Source: an uncultured Candidatus Rokubacteria bacterium (GTDB taxonomy: Bacteria; Methylomirabilota; Methylomirabilia; Rokubacteriales; CSP1-6). From it: DNA of 64,000 nt. This document shows positions 28,437-41,451 of this stretch, piece by piece; position 1 is the stretch's first letter; every line of letters begins with the position of its first letter. The translations under genes were made by a program, and so were the position numbers. Where the stretch lies: contig CAVWFS010000003.1 of assembly GCA_963754315.1 (NCBI GenBank), positions 1-64,000 on the forward strand. Reading direction: 5' to 3'. Under the pieces are notes generated by a model. The model did not search any database and was not told the DNA's origin. It saw nothing but the letters and a program-made list of their open reading frames with translations.

Positions 28437-29962
28437 TTGGCTGTCCGGTGTTGTCGCTCATCACGTGGGCGCCCTTCCTGGGGGCTCTGCTCATCATGTT
28501 CACCGCGCGCCACTCGCCGCTTGGCGTGCGTCTGATCGCGCTCGCCAGCACCGGCCTCTCCACCGTGCTCTCGCTCTGGATCTACGTCGCCTACGATCGC
28601 GAGGCGGCGGGCTTTCAGTTCTACGAACGGGTGTCGCTGGTGCCGCCCCTGGGCATCAACTACGAGTTGGCCGTCGACGGCATCAGCCTGCTGATGGTCC
28701 TCCTCACGTCGATCATCATTTTCGCCGGGGTCTTCGCCTCGTGGACGGTAAGCGTGCGCAGCCAGGAGTTCTATGCGCTCCTGCTCGCCCTCGTCACCGG
28801 AGTGTACGGGGTGTTCGTCTCCCTGGATCTGTTTGTGTTCTTTCTCTTCTACGAGCTGGCGGTCCTTCCCATGTACTTGCTCATCGCCATCTGGGGCTCG
28901 ACGGGTGAGGTCCGTCCGCGCGGTATCTTCGCCTGGGCCTATCGCGAGACAGGGGTGGGCACCAAAGAATACGCAGCCATGAAGCTCACCCTGTATCTGC
29001 TTCTTGGCTCGGCGTTCATTCTCGTCGGCATCTTTGCCCTCTACGTGAAGGCGGGGGTTTCGTCGTTCTCCTTCCTCGATCTGCAGGGCATCAGCTTCGA
29101 GCCCGAGTTGCAGCGTTGGGTCTTCCTGGCCTTCTATGTGGGGTTCGGGGTGCTGGCCGGCATCTGGCCCCTTCATACCTGGTCGCCCGACGGTCACGCC
29201 TCTGCGCCGACCGCGGTGTCGATGCTGCACGCGGGAGTCCTCATGAAGCTTGGCGCCTACGGCGTCGTGCGTATGGGAATGGGTCTGCTGCCGGACGCCG
29301 CGCTCGAGCTGGCGTGGCTCGTGGGGGGTATCGCCTGCATCAACATCGTCTATGGTGCGCTCTCGGCCATGGCCCAGGGGGATCTGAAGTACGTGATCGC
29401 CTATTCGTCGGTCTCCCACATGGGACTCGTGATGCTAGGGGCGGCCACCCTCACCGAGGCCGGGCTGAACGGCTCCGTGTTCCAGATGTTCGCGCACGGG
29501 GTGATGACCGGGCTGTTCTTCGCGCTCGTGGGTCTCGTGTACGAGAAAGCCCACTCACGAGAGATCGCCAAGATGGGAGGTTTTGGGCGGACGATGCCGG
29601 GGATCGCCGTCGCGTTCACGGTCGGTGGTCTCTCCTCGCTCGGCCTGCCCGCGACCTCCGGGTTCGTGGCAGAGATCCTCACCTTCATGGGGGCCTGGCG
29701 GTCGCCGTCGCCGTGGTGGCTGTTCCCGGCGGTGGCCGGGACGTTCCTGACCGCGGTCTACGTGCTCCGGGTCACCAAGCAGATCTTCTGGGGTCCGCCG
29801 TCGCCGAACTTTCACCATCTCGAGGATGCGCGTGGGACCGAATGGGTGGCGATCTGCATTCTGGTCGGAGTCATCGTCGTCTTCGGTCTGGTCCCGGGGT
29901 TGGCCTTGGCACCGGTTGACACGGCGACCGTGCCGCTTCTTCTCCGGATCGTGACTCCCTGA
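28433..29962 (+). CDS. nuoM: Complex I-like subunit M (operon 1)
   Basis: FFLFYE, PLHTWSPDGH, LMKLGAYG, AYSSVSHMG. Confidence 0.95.
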   Translation: MIGCPVLSLITWAPFLGALLIMFTARHSPLGVRLIALASTGLSTVLSLWIYVAYDREAAGFQFYERVSLVPPLGINYELAVDGISLLMVLLTSIIIFAGVFASWTVSVRSQEFYALLLALVTGVYGVFVSLDLFVFFLFYELAVLPMYLLIAIWGSTGEVRPRGIFAWAYRETGVGTKEYAAMKLTLYLLLGSAFILVGIFALYVKAGVSSFSFLDLQGISFEPELQRWVFLAFYVGFGVLAGIWPLHTWSPDGHASAPTAVSMLHAGVLMKLGAYGVVRMGMGLLPDAALELAWLVGGIACINIVYGALSAMAQGDLKYVIAYSSVSHMGLVMLGAATLTEAGLNGSVFQMFAHGVMTGLFFALVGLVYEKAHSREIAKMGGFGRTMPGIAVAFTVGGLSSLGLPATSGFVAEILTFMGAWRSPSPWWLFPAVAGTFLTAVYVLRVTKQIFWGPPSPNFHHLEDARGTEWVAICILVGVIVVFGLVPGLALAPVDTATVPLLLRIVTP

Positions 29963-31374
29963 TGGCTTCTCCCTTCGCGCTCGAACTCGGCCTCGCCCTC
30001 GTCCTGGCTGTGGTCTTCGCCGCGGGGCTCTTCGCGCGCGGTGAGGACCGCCGCTTCGTTGGCCGGCTGGCCACCTTTGGTGTGCTCGCACTGGTCGTGC
30101 TATCGCTGTTCCTGTCGCCCGTCGACACCCCCGCCGGCGCCCCCTTCGTGCAGGACGGGCTGGCCCTGTTCGCCAAGCGGCTGTTCCTGGTGGCCACGTT
30201 CATCGGCTTGCTGGCGGGTCTTTCACTCCCGGGGACACCGTTCGCACGGCGGTCGACGGAATATCACCTGCTCATCCTGGCCTCGCTACTCGGCATGCTG
30301 GTGCTCGCCTCCGCGCGGGACATGGTGCTCCTCTTCGTGGCGTTCGAGTTGATGTCCATCCCGCTTTACGTCCTGTCGGGTTTCGTGAAGCGGCGCGAAG
30401 AGGCCGGGGAATCTGCCCTCAAGTTCTTCCTCGTCGGCAGTGTGTCCTCCGCCATCATGGTCTACGGCCTGTCGTTCGTGTACGGGGCAGCCGGCACGAC
30501 CCATCTCGACGGGGTCGCCGAGGCATGGGCCACCGGGGATCCGCTGATGCTGCTCGGGTTCCTGATCGCCTTCGCAGGCTTCGGCTTCAAGATCGCCGCC
30601 TTTCCCTTCCATATGTGGGTTCCCGACACCTACGAGGCGGCGAGCACTCCCTTCGTGGCCTGGCTCAGCGTCGCGCCGAAGGCCGCCGGATTCGTGGCCA
30701 TCTTGCGTCTGTACGTCGAGGGGATGGGAGAGCACGTTGCCTGGCTCGTGCCGGTGGCGGCTGGGCTGGCGACCATCACCGTGATAGCCGGCAATTTGAT
30801 GGCGCTCCCTCAGCAGAACGCCAAGCGCCTGCTCGCCTACTCCGGCATCGCTCACATCGGCTACATGCTCATCGGTCTCGCGGCCGCGTCGGCGGCCGGG
30901 ACGGCCATGGTCCTCTTCTATCTCGTGGCGTACGTCTTTGCAAACATGGGGGCTTTCCTCGTGGTCGAGGCGGTTGGGCGCTCGGAAGCGTCGGAGACCC
31001 TCACCGCCTTTAGCGGGCTCGCCCAGCGCTCCCCCATGCTGGCGCTTTCGATGCTGCTCTTCTTGCTCTCGCTCGGCGGCATCCCCTTTGTCGCCGGCTT
31101 CTGGGCCAAGCTCTATATATTCTGGGCGGCCGCCGAGCAGGGGTTGTACTGGCTCGTCCTCTTAGGAGCAATCTTGACGGTGGTCGCCCTCTTCTACTAC
31201 CTCGTGCTCGCCAAGCGGATGTATGTCGATTCGCCCGTCCGCCCGGATCGGATACCCCTGCCCCCTTCGCTCAGGCTGGCCGTGGCGCTTTGCGTGCTGG
31301 GCATCGTAGCCATGGGGGTGTATCCGAAGCCAATAGTCCTGGCAGCCCTCCAGGTGACGGGCGGGCTGTTCTGA
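29962..31374 (+). CDS. nuoN: Complex I-like subunit N (operon 1)
   Basis: FKIAAFPFHMWVPDTYE, KRLLAYSGIAH. Confidence 0.95.
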   Translation: MASPFALELGLALVLAVVFAAGLFARGEDRRFVGRLATFGVLALVVLSLFLSPVDTPAGAPFVQDGLALFAKRLFLVATFIGLLAGLSLPGTPFARRSTEYHLLILASLLGMLVLASARDMVLLFVAFELMSIPLYVLSGFVKRREEAGESALKFFLVGSVSSAIMVYGLSFVYGAAGTTHLDGVAEAWATGDPLMLLGFLIAFAGFGFKIAAFPFHMWVPDTYEAASTPFVAWLSVAPKAAGFVAILRLYVEGMGEHVAWLVPVAAGLATITVIAGNLMALPQQNAKRLLAYSGIAHIGYMLIGLAAASAAGTAMVLFYLVAYVFANMGAFLVVEAVGRSEASETLTAFSGLAQRSPMLALSMLLFLLSLGGIPFVAGFWAKLYIFWAAAEQGLYWLVLLGAILTVVALFYYLVLAKRMYVDSPVRPDRIPLPPSLRLAVALCVLGIVAMGVYPKPIVLAALQVTGGLF

Positions 31375-31506
31375 CCCGATTGCCCTGCTGACGCACCGCA
31401 GCGCGGCGGGACGTCTCGACGGGAGCCGTCGGAGATCAGGCCTCAACTATAGGTAATATTTCGCCGAATTCTTTGACTTGACGCGTCACGGCCAATCGCT
31501 ATACGG

Positions 31507-31528
31507 TTGTACCAACCGGTCGGTACAA
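31507..31528. promoter_or_regulatory. Palindromic operator, likely for the adjacent TetR
   Basis: TTGTACC-A-ACCGGT-C-GGTACAA, 22 bp with one mismatched pair, just downstream of TTGACG (31478) and a -10-like region. Confidence 0.75.
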
Positions 31529-31532
31529 GACC

Positions 31533-32165
31533 GTGACAAGGGGCACGATGAGCCAGGTGAAGGTACGAGATGGGCGGAGTACACGCGATGCAATCCTTGC
31601 GGCCGCCATGCGACTCATGGGGGCGCACGGGTATCGCAATACATCGCTCGACGACGTCCTGCGCGAGAGTGGGGTGGGGAAGGGGAATTTCTACTACCAC
31701 TTTCGGAGCAAGGAGGAGCTTGGTTACGCCATTCTCGACCAGCTCGTCGAGGGCTTCCTCGAGCGAACTCTTCGCCCCTGCTTTTCGGGCCCCGACGGTA
31801 GGCCTACCAGCCAGATTCGGTGCTTCCTGGACCGGATCCGGGAGATCCAGCGCGAACGTAATGGCGTGGGGGGATGCCCGCTTGGCAACCTGGTGGCAGA
31901 GCTGTCCGATCAGCATGAGGGATTTCGGGCGCGCCTGAGCGGTGTCTTTTCTGCATGGCGCGAACGCCTCACCATTGCCCTGCACGAAGCGCAACGGAGC
32001 GGCGAGGTGAACGCCGACTGCCGGCCCGAAGCTGTCGCGCATTTCCTGGTGGCGTCAATCGAGGGTGCCTTACTCATGACGAAGCTCAGCAAGGATGTCG
32101 CCGTCTTGGAACAGTGTGTGGAGGAGATGAAGCGCTACCTGACGCTCTACGAGGTTGCTGGATGA
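31533..32165 (+). CDS. TetR/AcrR family regulator (NemR-like C-terminus)
   Basis: GVGKGNFYYHFRSKEEL HTH and GCPLGNL motif; ATG 31548 is an alternative start. Confidence 0.92.
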   Translation: MTRGTMSQVKVRDGRSTRDAILAAAMRLMGAHGYRNTSLDDVLRESGVGKGNFYYHFRSKEELGYAILDQLVEGFLERTLRPCFSGPDGRPTSQIRCFLDRIREIQRERNGVGGCPLGNLVAELSDQHEGFRARLSGVFSAWRERLTIALHEAQRSGEVNADCRPEAVAHFLVASIEGALLMTKLSKDVAVLEQCVEEMKRYLTLYEVAG

Positions 32166-32770
32166 CAAGTCCGACCCGTACCACTACCGACGCCGAAGCG
32201 GCGCTCGTGGAGGCCTTGCGACGCGAAGATCCGGCCGCGGCCGCAACCCTGGTGGAGACGTTCGGCGATCGGGTGTATCGGCTCGCCCGCCGCATCACGG
32301 GCTCCAATGAAGATGCCGAAGAGGTGACGCAGGACGCCCTCTGGACGGCCGCGCGTAAGATTCACACGTTCAAGGGCGAGTCGGCGTTCGGCAGCTGGCT
32401 CTATCGGATCACTGCCAACGCGGCGTATATGAAGCTGCGGTCGCGTAAGAGCAAGGCCAACGAGATCGCTCTGGACGACGTGCTGCCGAGTCTTGACGAA
32501 GAGGGACGTCACTTCGAGCCCATGGACGACTGGTCGGCTCGCGTCGACGCGGCCGCGCTGCAGGGGGAACTGCGCGATCATCTGGAGGAGGCGATCGCGG
32601 GGCTGCCCGCCGAGTACCGGACTGCCCTCATTTTGCATGACATCGAGGGGTTGTCGAATCCTGACATCGCGGAGGCGCTGGGGATCAGTCTGCCAGCCGT
32701 GAAGTCGCGCGTACACCGCTCTCGCCTCTTTCTGCGCCAGCGGCTGACGGACTACCTGAAGGCGGGCTAA
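32162..32770 (+). CDS. ECF sigma-70 factor
   Basis: DAEEVTQD, FGSWLYRITAN, IAEALGISLPAVKSRVHRSR; ATGA overlap with tetR. Confidence 0.93.
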   Translation: MTSPTRTTTDAEAALVEALRREDPAAAATLVETFGDRVYRLARRITGSNEDAEEVTQDALWTAARKIHTFKGESAFGSWLYRITANAAYMKLRSRKSKANEIALDDVLPSLDEEGRHFEPMDDWSARVDAAALQGELRDHLEEAIAGLPAEYRTALILHDIEGLSNPDIAEALGISLPAVKSRVHRSRLFLRQRLTDYLKAG

Positions 32771-32893
32771 GCCGAACTGTACGCGCCGCACGTCCGCGTC
32801 ACGCCGCGTGAGGCGCAGACCATGAGTTGACGCCCTTGGACCGGTGTGGTCTGATAACCAGTCGGGTCTATTCCTGATTCAGGATGGGGTGAC

Positions 32894-33205
32894 ATGGAAG
32901 CCGTCATTGCAGCCGGAGGCAAGCAGTACCGGGTCAGCCCCGGGCAGGTCATCTCAGTGGAGAAGGTCCCCGGCGACAAGGGCGCCGTCGTGGAGTTCAA
33001 GTCCGTGCTGTTCGTGAACCGCGATGGTGAGGTTCTGACCGGTCCCCAGGCTCTACAGTCGGCGACCGTACGGGGCGAAGTCGTCCGCCAGGCTCGCCGG
33101 CGCAAGGTGTCGGTCATCAAGTTCAAACGACGCAAAAACTATCGGCGCAACCGTGGGCACCGCCAGCCGGTCACCACGGTGCGTATCACGGGCATCGAGG
33201 TTTAG
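32894..33205 (+). CDS. rplU: 50S ribosomal protein L21
   Basis: [19 protein letters not shown]. Confidence 0.97.
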   Translation: MEAVIAAGGKQYRVSPGQVISVEKVPGDKGAVVEFKSVLFVNRDGEVLTGPQALQSATVRGEVVRQARRRKVSVIKFKRRKNYRRNRGHRQPVTTVRITGIEV

Positions 33206-33210
33206 CCGTC

Positions 33211-33468
33211 ATGGCACACAAGAAGGGTGTCGGTAGCTCGCGTAACGGGCGGGATTCCAACCCGCAGATGCTCGGCGTCAAGCGATTCGCCGGCCAGTAT
33301 GTCACCGGGGGCAGCATCCTCGTGCGCCAGCGAGGGACGCGGTTCAGGCCCGGCGTGAATGTGGGACTCGGCTCCGACGATACCCTCTACGCGAGGATTG
33401 CGGGATACGTCCGCTTCGAGCGACGGGGAGATGCACGCTTCGTGAGCATCGCCGCTTCCGCCTCCTGA
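33211..33468 (+). CDS. rpmA: 50S ribosomal protein L27
   Basis: [16 protein letters not shown]. Confidence 0.98.
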   Translation: MAHKKGVGSSRNGRDSNPQMLGVKRFAGQYVTGGSILVRQRGTRFRPGVNVGLGSDDTLYARIAGYVRFERRGDARFVSIAASAS

Positions 33469-35675
<2,207 letters not shown>

Positions 35676-35720
35676 ACTGGCGGGTCGCTCACCGAGAGGG
35701 GCGACGTCGCGGGAGTAGCT

Positions 35721-36977
35721 ATGGGTATCCATGCGCTCGTGGAGGGGAAGGCCCGCGCGGCCCGAGCGGCGGCCGAGGTTCTGGCCCTCACTCCGACCGA
35801 GACCCGGAACGAAGCCCTGCGCCAGATGGCAGAGGGCCTGGAGGAACGCGCTCAAGGCCTGATCGAGACGAACCGGGTCGACCTCGAGCGTGCACGCGCA
35901 GGGGGAAGCTCTCGCGCGTTCCTCGACCGTTTGACCCTTACCGAGCCGAGGATCCGCGCCATGGCCCAGGGGCTGCGCGAGATCGCCGCCCTGGCCGATC
36001 CGGTGGGCCAGGTCGTGAACGCCTGGCGGCGGCCCAACGGTATCGAAGTCACGAGGGTCCGGGTGCCCCTGGGGGTAATCGGGTTCATTTACGAGTCCCG
36101 CCCGAACGTCACCGCGGACGCGGCCGGTCTCTGCATCAAGGCGGGGAACGCAGTGATCCTGCGGGGCGGTAGCGAGGCCTTTGAGTCCAACGCGCTCATC
36201 GCCGCCGTCCTGGCCAGGGCTCTCGACAAGGCCGGGGGGCCGCCGGACGCGATCCAGTTCGTGGACACGACCGATCGCGAGGCAGTAGGCGCCCTGCTCA
36301 CCCTGGACGGGCTGGTCGATCTCGTGATTCCCCGTGGGGGGGAGGAGTTCGTGCGCTGGGTGGCGCAGCATTCGCGAGTGCCCGTCCTGAAGCACGACAA
36401 GGGGCTCGTCCACATGTACGTGGATGCCGATGCCGACTTCGACATGGCGACCAGGCTGGTCATCAACGCCAAGGTCCAGCGTCCGAGCGTCTGCAACGCG
36501 CTCGAGACCTTGCTCGTACACGAAGACGTGGCGCCCCGCCTGCTCCCCGCTCTCGCTGCGCGCCTCGCCGAGTCGGGGGTGGAGATCCGGGGCTGCCCCC
36601 AGGCACAACGGCTGATGCCCGGCGCGCGAGCGGCCTCCGAGGGAGACTGGGACGAGGAGTATCTCGACCTCATCCTGGCAGTGCGCGTGGTCCCTGATCT
36701 CGACGCGGCCCTCACTCACATCCGGCGCCACAGCTCGGGGCTCGCCGAGGCCATCGTGACCAACAACCTCGGGCGGGCGCGCCGTTTCACGCGGGAAGTC
36801 GATGCGGCCGCCGTGCTGGTCAATGCATCGACGCGGCTCGTCGATGGTCACCAGTTCGGAATGGGGGCCGAGATGGGGATTTCCACCTCGCGTGTGCACG
36901 CTCGCGGGCCGGTGGGGGTGACGGAACTGACCACAACCAAGTTCATCGTGCAGGGTGACGGGCAGATCCGGGACTAG
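35721..36977 (+). CDS. proA: Glutamate-5-semialdehyde dehydrogenase
   Basis: IYESRPNVT, SVCNALETLLVH, NASTR, HARGPVG. Confidence 0.97.
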   Translation: MGIHALVEGKARAARAAAEVLALTPTETRNEALRQMAEGLEERAQGLIETNRVDLERARAGGSSRAFLDRLTLTEPRIRAMAQGLREIAALADPVGQVVNAWRRPNGIEVTRVRVPLGVIGFIYESRPNVTADAAGLCIKAGNAVILRGGSEAFESNALIAAVLARALDKAGGPPDAIQFVDTTDREAVGALLTLDGLVDLVIPRGGEEFVRWVAQHSRVPVLKHDKGLVHMYVDADADFDMATRLVINAKVQRPSVCNALETLLVHEDVAPRLLPALAARLAESGVEIRGCPQAQRLMPGARAASEGDWDEEYLDLILAVRVVPDLDAALTHIRRHSSGLAEAIVTNNLGRARRFTREVDAAAVLVNASTRLVDGHQFGMGAEMGISTSRVHARGPVGVTELTTTKFIVQGDGQIRD

Positions 36978-36980
36978 CCG

Positions 36981-37625
36981 TTGGCCCGCGTGGGGATCTT
37001 CGGCGGATCATTCAACCCCATCCACTACGGGCATCTCTTGATGGCCGACCAGGTCTTCGAGATGCTGGGCCTGGACCGGCTCATCTTCGTGCCTGCTGCC
37101 GAGCCTCCCCACAAGCCTGTGTGCGAGCTGGCAGCCGCCAGGCACCGCCACGCCATGACCTTGCTGGCCACGAACTCCGATCGCCGCTTCGCCGTGGACG
37201 ACATCGAGTTGCAGCGGGCCGGGCCCTCCTACACGGTTGACACACTCACGACCCTGTCGGCCAGCCAAGACGACCTGATCCTCGTGATGGGTTCCGAGAC
37301 GTTCCTCGGCCTCCTCAGCTGGCACGCCCCCCACCGTTTGCTCGAGCTGGCGCGGCTCGCCGTGGTACCACGCCGCGGCAGCGCCTTCGACCCCGAAGGT
37401 CCCGCCGCGCGGAAGGTCCTGCGCGGAATCGGGGCCGAGCCGTTCGTCCCGGTGGTGGAAGGCGCGCTCCCCGCGCGAGGCACTCTGCTCGTCCATGCGC
37501 TCTCGCTGCCCGTGTCCGCCTCGGACATCCGCGCACGTGTTCTGAGAGGCCGGTCGGTCGCCTATCGTCTTCCACCCGTGGTCATCGACTACATCGAGAC
37601 CCACGGCTTGTACCGCGAGAGGTGA
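36981..37625 (+). CDS. nadD: Nicotinate-nucleotide adenylyltransferase
   Basis: GGSFNPIHYGH, PPHK, SYTVDTL, VSASDIR. Confidence 0.95.
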   Translation: MARVGIFGGSFNPIHYGHLLMADQVFEMLGLDRLIFVPAAEPPHKPVCELAAARHRHAMTLLATNSDRRFAVDDIELQRAGPSYTVDTLTTLSASQDDLILVMGSETFLGLLSWHAPHRLLELARLAVVPRRGSAFDPEGPAARKVLRGIGAEPFVPVVEGALPARGTLLVHALSLPVSASDIRARVLRGRSVAYRLPPVVIDYIETHGLYRER

Positions 37626-37628
37626 GCC

Positions 37629-37982
37629 CTGACATTCTCCTCGGCTGAAGAGACGGCGCGGCGGGCGGCGCGGGCGGCCCTCGACAAGAAGGCCTCCGAG
37701 CTGGTGGTTCTCGACGTGCGCGGCCTGTCGAGCGTCACCGACTTCTTCCTGGTATGTAGTGGTCGCTCGGTACCCCATGTGCGAACGATTACCGAAGGTA
37801 TCAGGAGTGAGCTCAAGGTCGGAGACGTGCGCCCTCTGCACATGGAAGGCACGGCGGAGAGCGGGTGGGTTCTGCTCGATTACGGCGACCTCCTCGCCCA
37901 CGTGTTCCTGGAGGACACGCGTGCCTACTATGCCCTCGAGCGTTTGTGGGGCGACGCTCCCACCGTTCATGTGGGCGGGTGA
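37629..37982 (+). CDS. rsfS: Ribosome silencing factor (probable CTG start)
   Basis: ALDKKA..VLDV, TDFFLVCSG, WVLLDYGD, YYALERLWGDA. The frame opens after the TGA at 37623 with CTG 37629 as the only near-cognate start before the DKKA helix. Confidence 0.9.
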   Translation: MTFSSAEETARRAARAALDKKASELVVLDVRGLSSVTDFFLVCSGRSVPHVRTITEGIRSELKVGDVRPLHMEGTAESGWVLLDYGDLLAHVFLEDTRAYYALERLWGDAPTVHVGG

Positions 37983-37989
37983 TTGGTAC

Positions 37990-38059
37990 ATGGGGGCCTC
38001 GATAGGCCCCCCAATCCCCCCGGCCTTCGGCGCGGCCCGGGGAACCCGGGCCGCGCCTC
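37990..38059 (+). repeat. Copy of the G/C-run two-hairpin intergenic repeat
   Basis: atgggggcctcgataggccccccaatccccccggccttcggcgcggcccggggaacccgggccgcgcctc. Confidence 0.85.
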
Positions 38060-38164
38060 TGAATCACGTGCGGTGTCACGGCGGACGATATATTGCAAGC
38101 CTCAGGGTCGCATGCTAGCGTGATCGAGCGTGCGGGCGTCGCTGGTGAAAGGAGGTCACGGGCA

Positions 38165-38530
38165 ATGAGAAAAGAGCGACTCGCGACGTTCAAGAAGCGG
38201 CTGGTCGAGAAGCAACGGCAACTGCTCGACGAGGTCGGCCGGAGTGCCCACTACGGCAAGGATCAAGAGGACGATTCCATCAAGGATCTCGGCGACCAGG
38301 CGAATACGGCCTACACGCGCGAGTTCTTCTTCGAGCTTGGAAGTGGTGACCGACGCATGCTGCGCGATGTGACCTCCGCCCTGCAACGCATCGAAGATGG
38401 TTCGTTCGGCGCGTGCGAGCGCTGCGGAGAGGTCATCGCCGACAAGCGTCTGGAGGCACTACCCTTTGCCCGGTACTGCATCAAGTGCCAGCGGTTGGCG
38501 GAGGAGGAGGCGCGGGTGGCCGCCAGCTGA
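38165..38530 (+). CDS. DksA/TraR family C4 zinc-finger transcription factor
   Basis: DLGDQA coiled-coil tip, CERC...RLEALP...CIKC; AGGAGG RBS. Confidence 0.92.
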   Translation: MRKERLATFKKRLVEKQRQLLDEVGRSAHYGKDQEDDSIKDLGDQANTAYTREFFFELGSGDRRMLRDVTSALQRIEDGSFGACERCGEVIADKRLEALPFARYCIKCQRLAEEEARVAAS

Positions 38531-38582
38531 GGCCGTCGCCGTCTCGCGTGAACCCGATCGCTCCCACACTCTCGTCGTCCTG

Positions 38583-39614
38583 ATGGCCTCTGCGGCGCTG
38601 TTCGATCTGCTCACTTCGCTCGGACGTGATCTCGGTCGCTTCTTTGGTGCCTCGCGGGGCGGGGGTGCCTCGCGGGGCGGGGGTGCCTCGCGGGATGGAG
38701 GTACTTCGCGAGGCTGGGGTGTCTTGCGGGAGTGGGGTGCCTCGCGACGGGAAAGCATCGATTCGCAGCAGGTCCAGTCGTGGCTGGCCGAGGCGGAAGC
38801 GGCGTCTCAGGCGGGCCAGCTCGACGAGGCAATGGCTCTCTACCGGCGAGTTCTGGGTGAGCGGAGCACCCACCTGGTAGCGCTGCGCGGTTTGCGCGAG
38901 GTGGCGCTCGTGTCGGGCCGGCCGGCAGAAGCCATCAGCGTCCAGCAGCGTCTCATCAGCGCGGTTCCCTCCCACGAGCGCGCGCCAGAAGCCCAACGGC
39001 TGGCCATCCTTCATTACGAGCAGGCGTCCGAAGAGCTCGGGCGCGGGCGTCCCGCTGCCGCCGTTCCCCACCTGAGGACCGCATTACGCTGGGCGCGGGA
39101 TTTCGTTCCTGCCACCTTGGCTCTGGGGGACGCCCAGACGCTCCTCGGAGAGCACCGCGAGGCAGTGCGAACGTGGGAGCGCGCTCTGGAAGGCCAGCCG
39201 AGCTTACCCGTGCTGGCCCGTTTGGAACGTGCCTACCGCGAAGAAGGCCGCCCGACCCGCATGATCGCGGTCTACCGCGAGGCGATCGCGCGAGCGCCGG
39301 ACAATGTAGCCCTGGCCGTGGCGCTTGGCCGCGTTTACCTCGAGCTGGAGATGCTCGATGAGGCAGCGGACGAACTCGAGAAGGTCGAGGTGCGGGCGCC
39401 CGATCTGCCTGTCGTGCATGCCTACCTGGCTACCCTCTTCGAGCGCCGAGGGGATCTACGCGAGGCGTGCGCGGAATATCGCCGAAGCCTTCACCTTGCT
39501 CGGCTCCTCGACTGGCCGCACCGGTGCGAGAGTTGCCATGCGACGAGTGCTGGCTGGCACGAGCAGTGTCCGGCCTGCCACGGCTGGAACACGCTGCGCC
39601 CTGCCCAGTCCTGA
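38583..39614 (+). CDS. TPR protein with C-terminal rubredoxin-like domain (LapB-like)
   Basis: TPR-like helices and CESC...WHEQCPACHGWNTL tail; start uncertain. Confidence 0.8.
   Translation: MASAALFDLLTSLGRDLGRFFGASRGGGASRGGGASRDGGTSRGWGVLREWGASRRESIDSQQVQSWLAEAEAASQAGQLDEAMALYRRVLGERSTHLVALRGLREVALVSGRPAEAISVQQRLISAVPSHERAPEAQRLAILHYEQASEELGRGRPAAAVPHLRTALRWARDFVPATLALGDAQTLLGEHREAVRTWERALEGQPSLPVLARLERAYREEGRPTRMIAVYREAIARAPDNVALAVALGRVYLELEMLDEAADELEKVEVRAPDLPVVHAYLATLFERRGDLREACAEYRRSLHLARLLDWPHRCESCHATSAGWHEQCPACHGWNTLRPAQS
38646..38747 (+). repeat. In-frame 18-bp tandem repeat, about 6 units (GASRGG)
   Basis: ggtgcctcgcggggcggg twice exactly, then four diverged units. Confidence 0.92.
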
Positions 39615-39617
39615 CCG

Positions 39618-40401
39618 ATGCGTGTGTGGGCGCTGGCCGCGCTCGATCTTGTCTTCCCTAGCCTTCTGTCCCTCGTGTCGGTCGCCACTCGGTGCTGGCC
39701 GCCGGGACCCTCTGTGTGGGCCGTGCTTCACGGGCATCGTTCGCATCGTGCCCCCCCTGTGTGATCGGTGTGGCCTCCCTTTGCCGCCGCAGCGCGCGGC
39801 AGCCCACGCGATCTGTTTTCGATGCCTCGCGGCGGCCCCGGCCTACGATTACGCCCGGGGCGGGGGCATCTATGCCGGAGCCCTGCGGGATGCCCTCCAC
39901 GCCCTCAAATTCCACGGCAAGCGAGCCGTGGCCAAGCCGCTGGCGGAATTGATGCTTGAGCAGCGAACAGCGAACTTCGGGTCTGATGTCGACGCACTGG
40001 TACCCGTGCCCTTGGCCCGGCGCCGCCTCGCGGAGCGGGGATACAATCAGGCGGAGCTGATTGCCGAACGACTCGCCGCGGCGCTGCGCGTCCCGTTGCG
40101 CAGGCGCTGGCTGGTCAGGGTGCGGGAGACATCGCCGCAGAGTGATCTCACCGCCGCCGAGCGACGGGCCAACGTCGAAGGGGCCTTCGTGGCAACCGGC
40201 TCCGCTGCCGGTCAGCACATCGTCATGATCGACGACATCTTCACCACAGGCGCCACCGCCAACGCGTGCGCCCGCGCGTTGCGGGCGGCCGGGGCGAGTC
40301 GAATCGGCGTGGCCACGGTGGCAAGAGTCGCGGAGCCCGGTGACGCATGGCGTGGGCTCGGCGGTCTTGCCGCGGCGGCGGCGGTCGGATATACTTACTA
40401 A
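39618..40401 (+). CDS. comF: ComF family phosphoribosyltransferase (frameshift near 39660)
   Basis: MRVWALAALDLVFP, extra A, then AFCPSC zinc ribbon, ERGYNQAELIA, MIDDIFTTGAT. Confidence 0.88.
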
Positions 40402-41448
<1,047 letters not shown>

Positions 41449-41451
41449 TCC

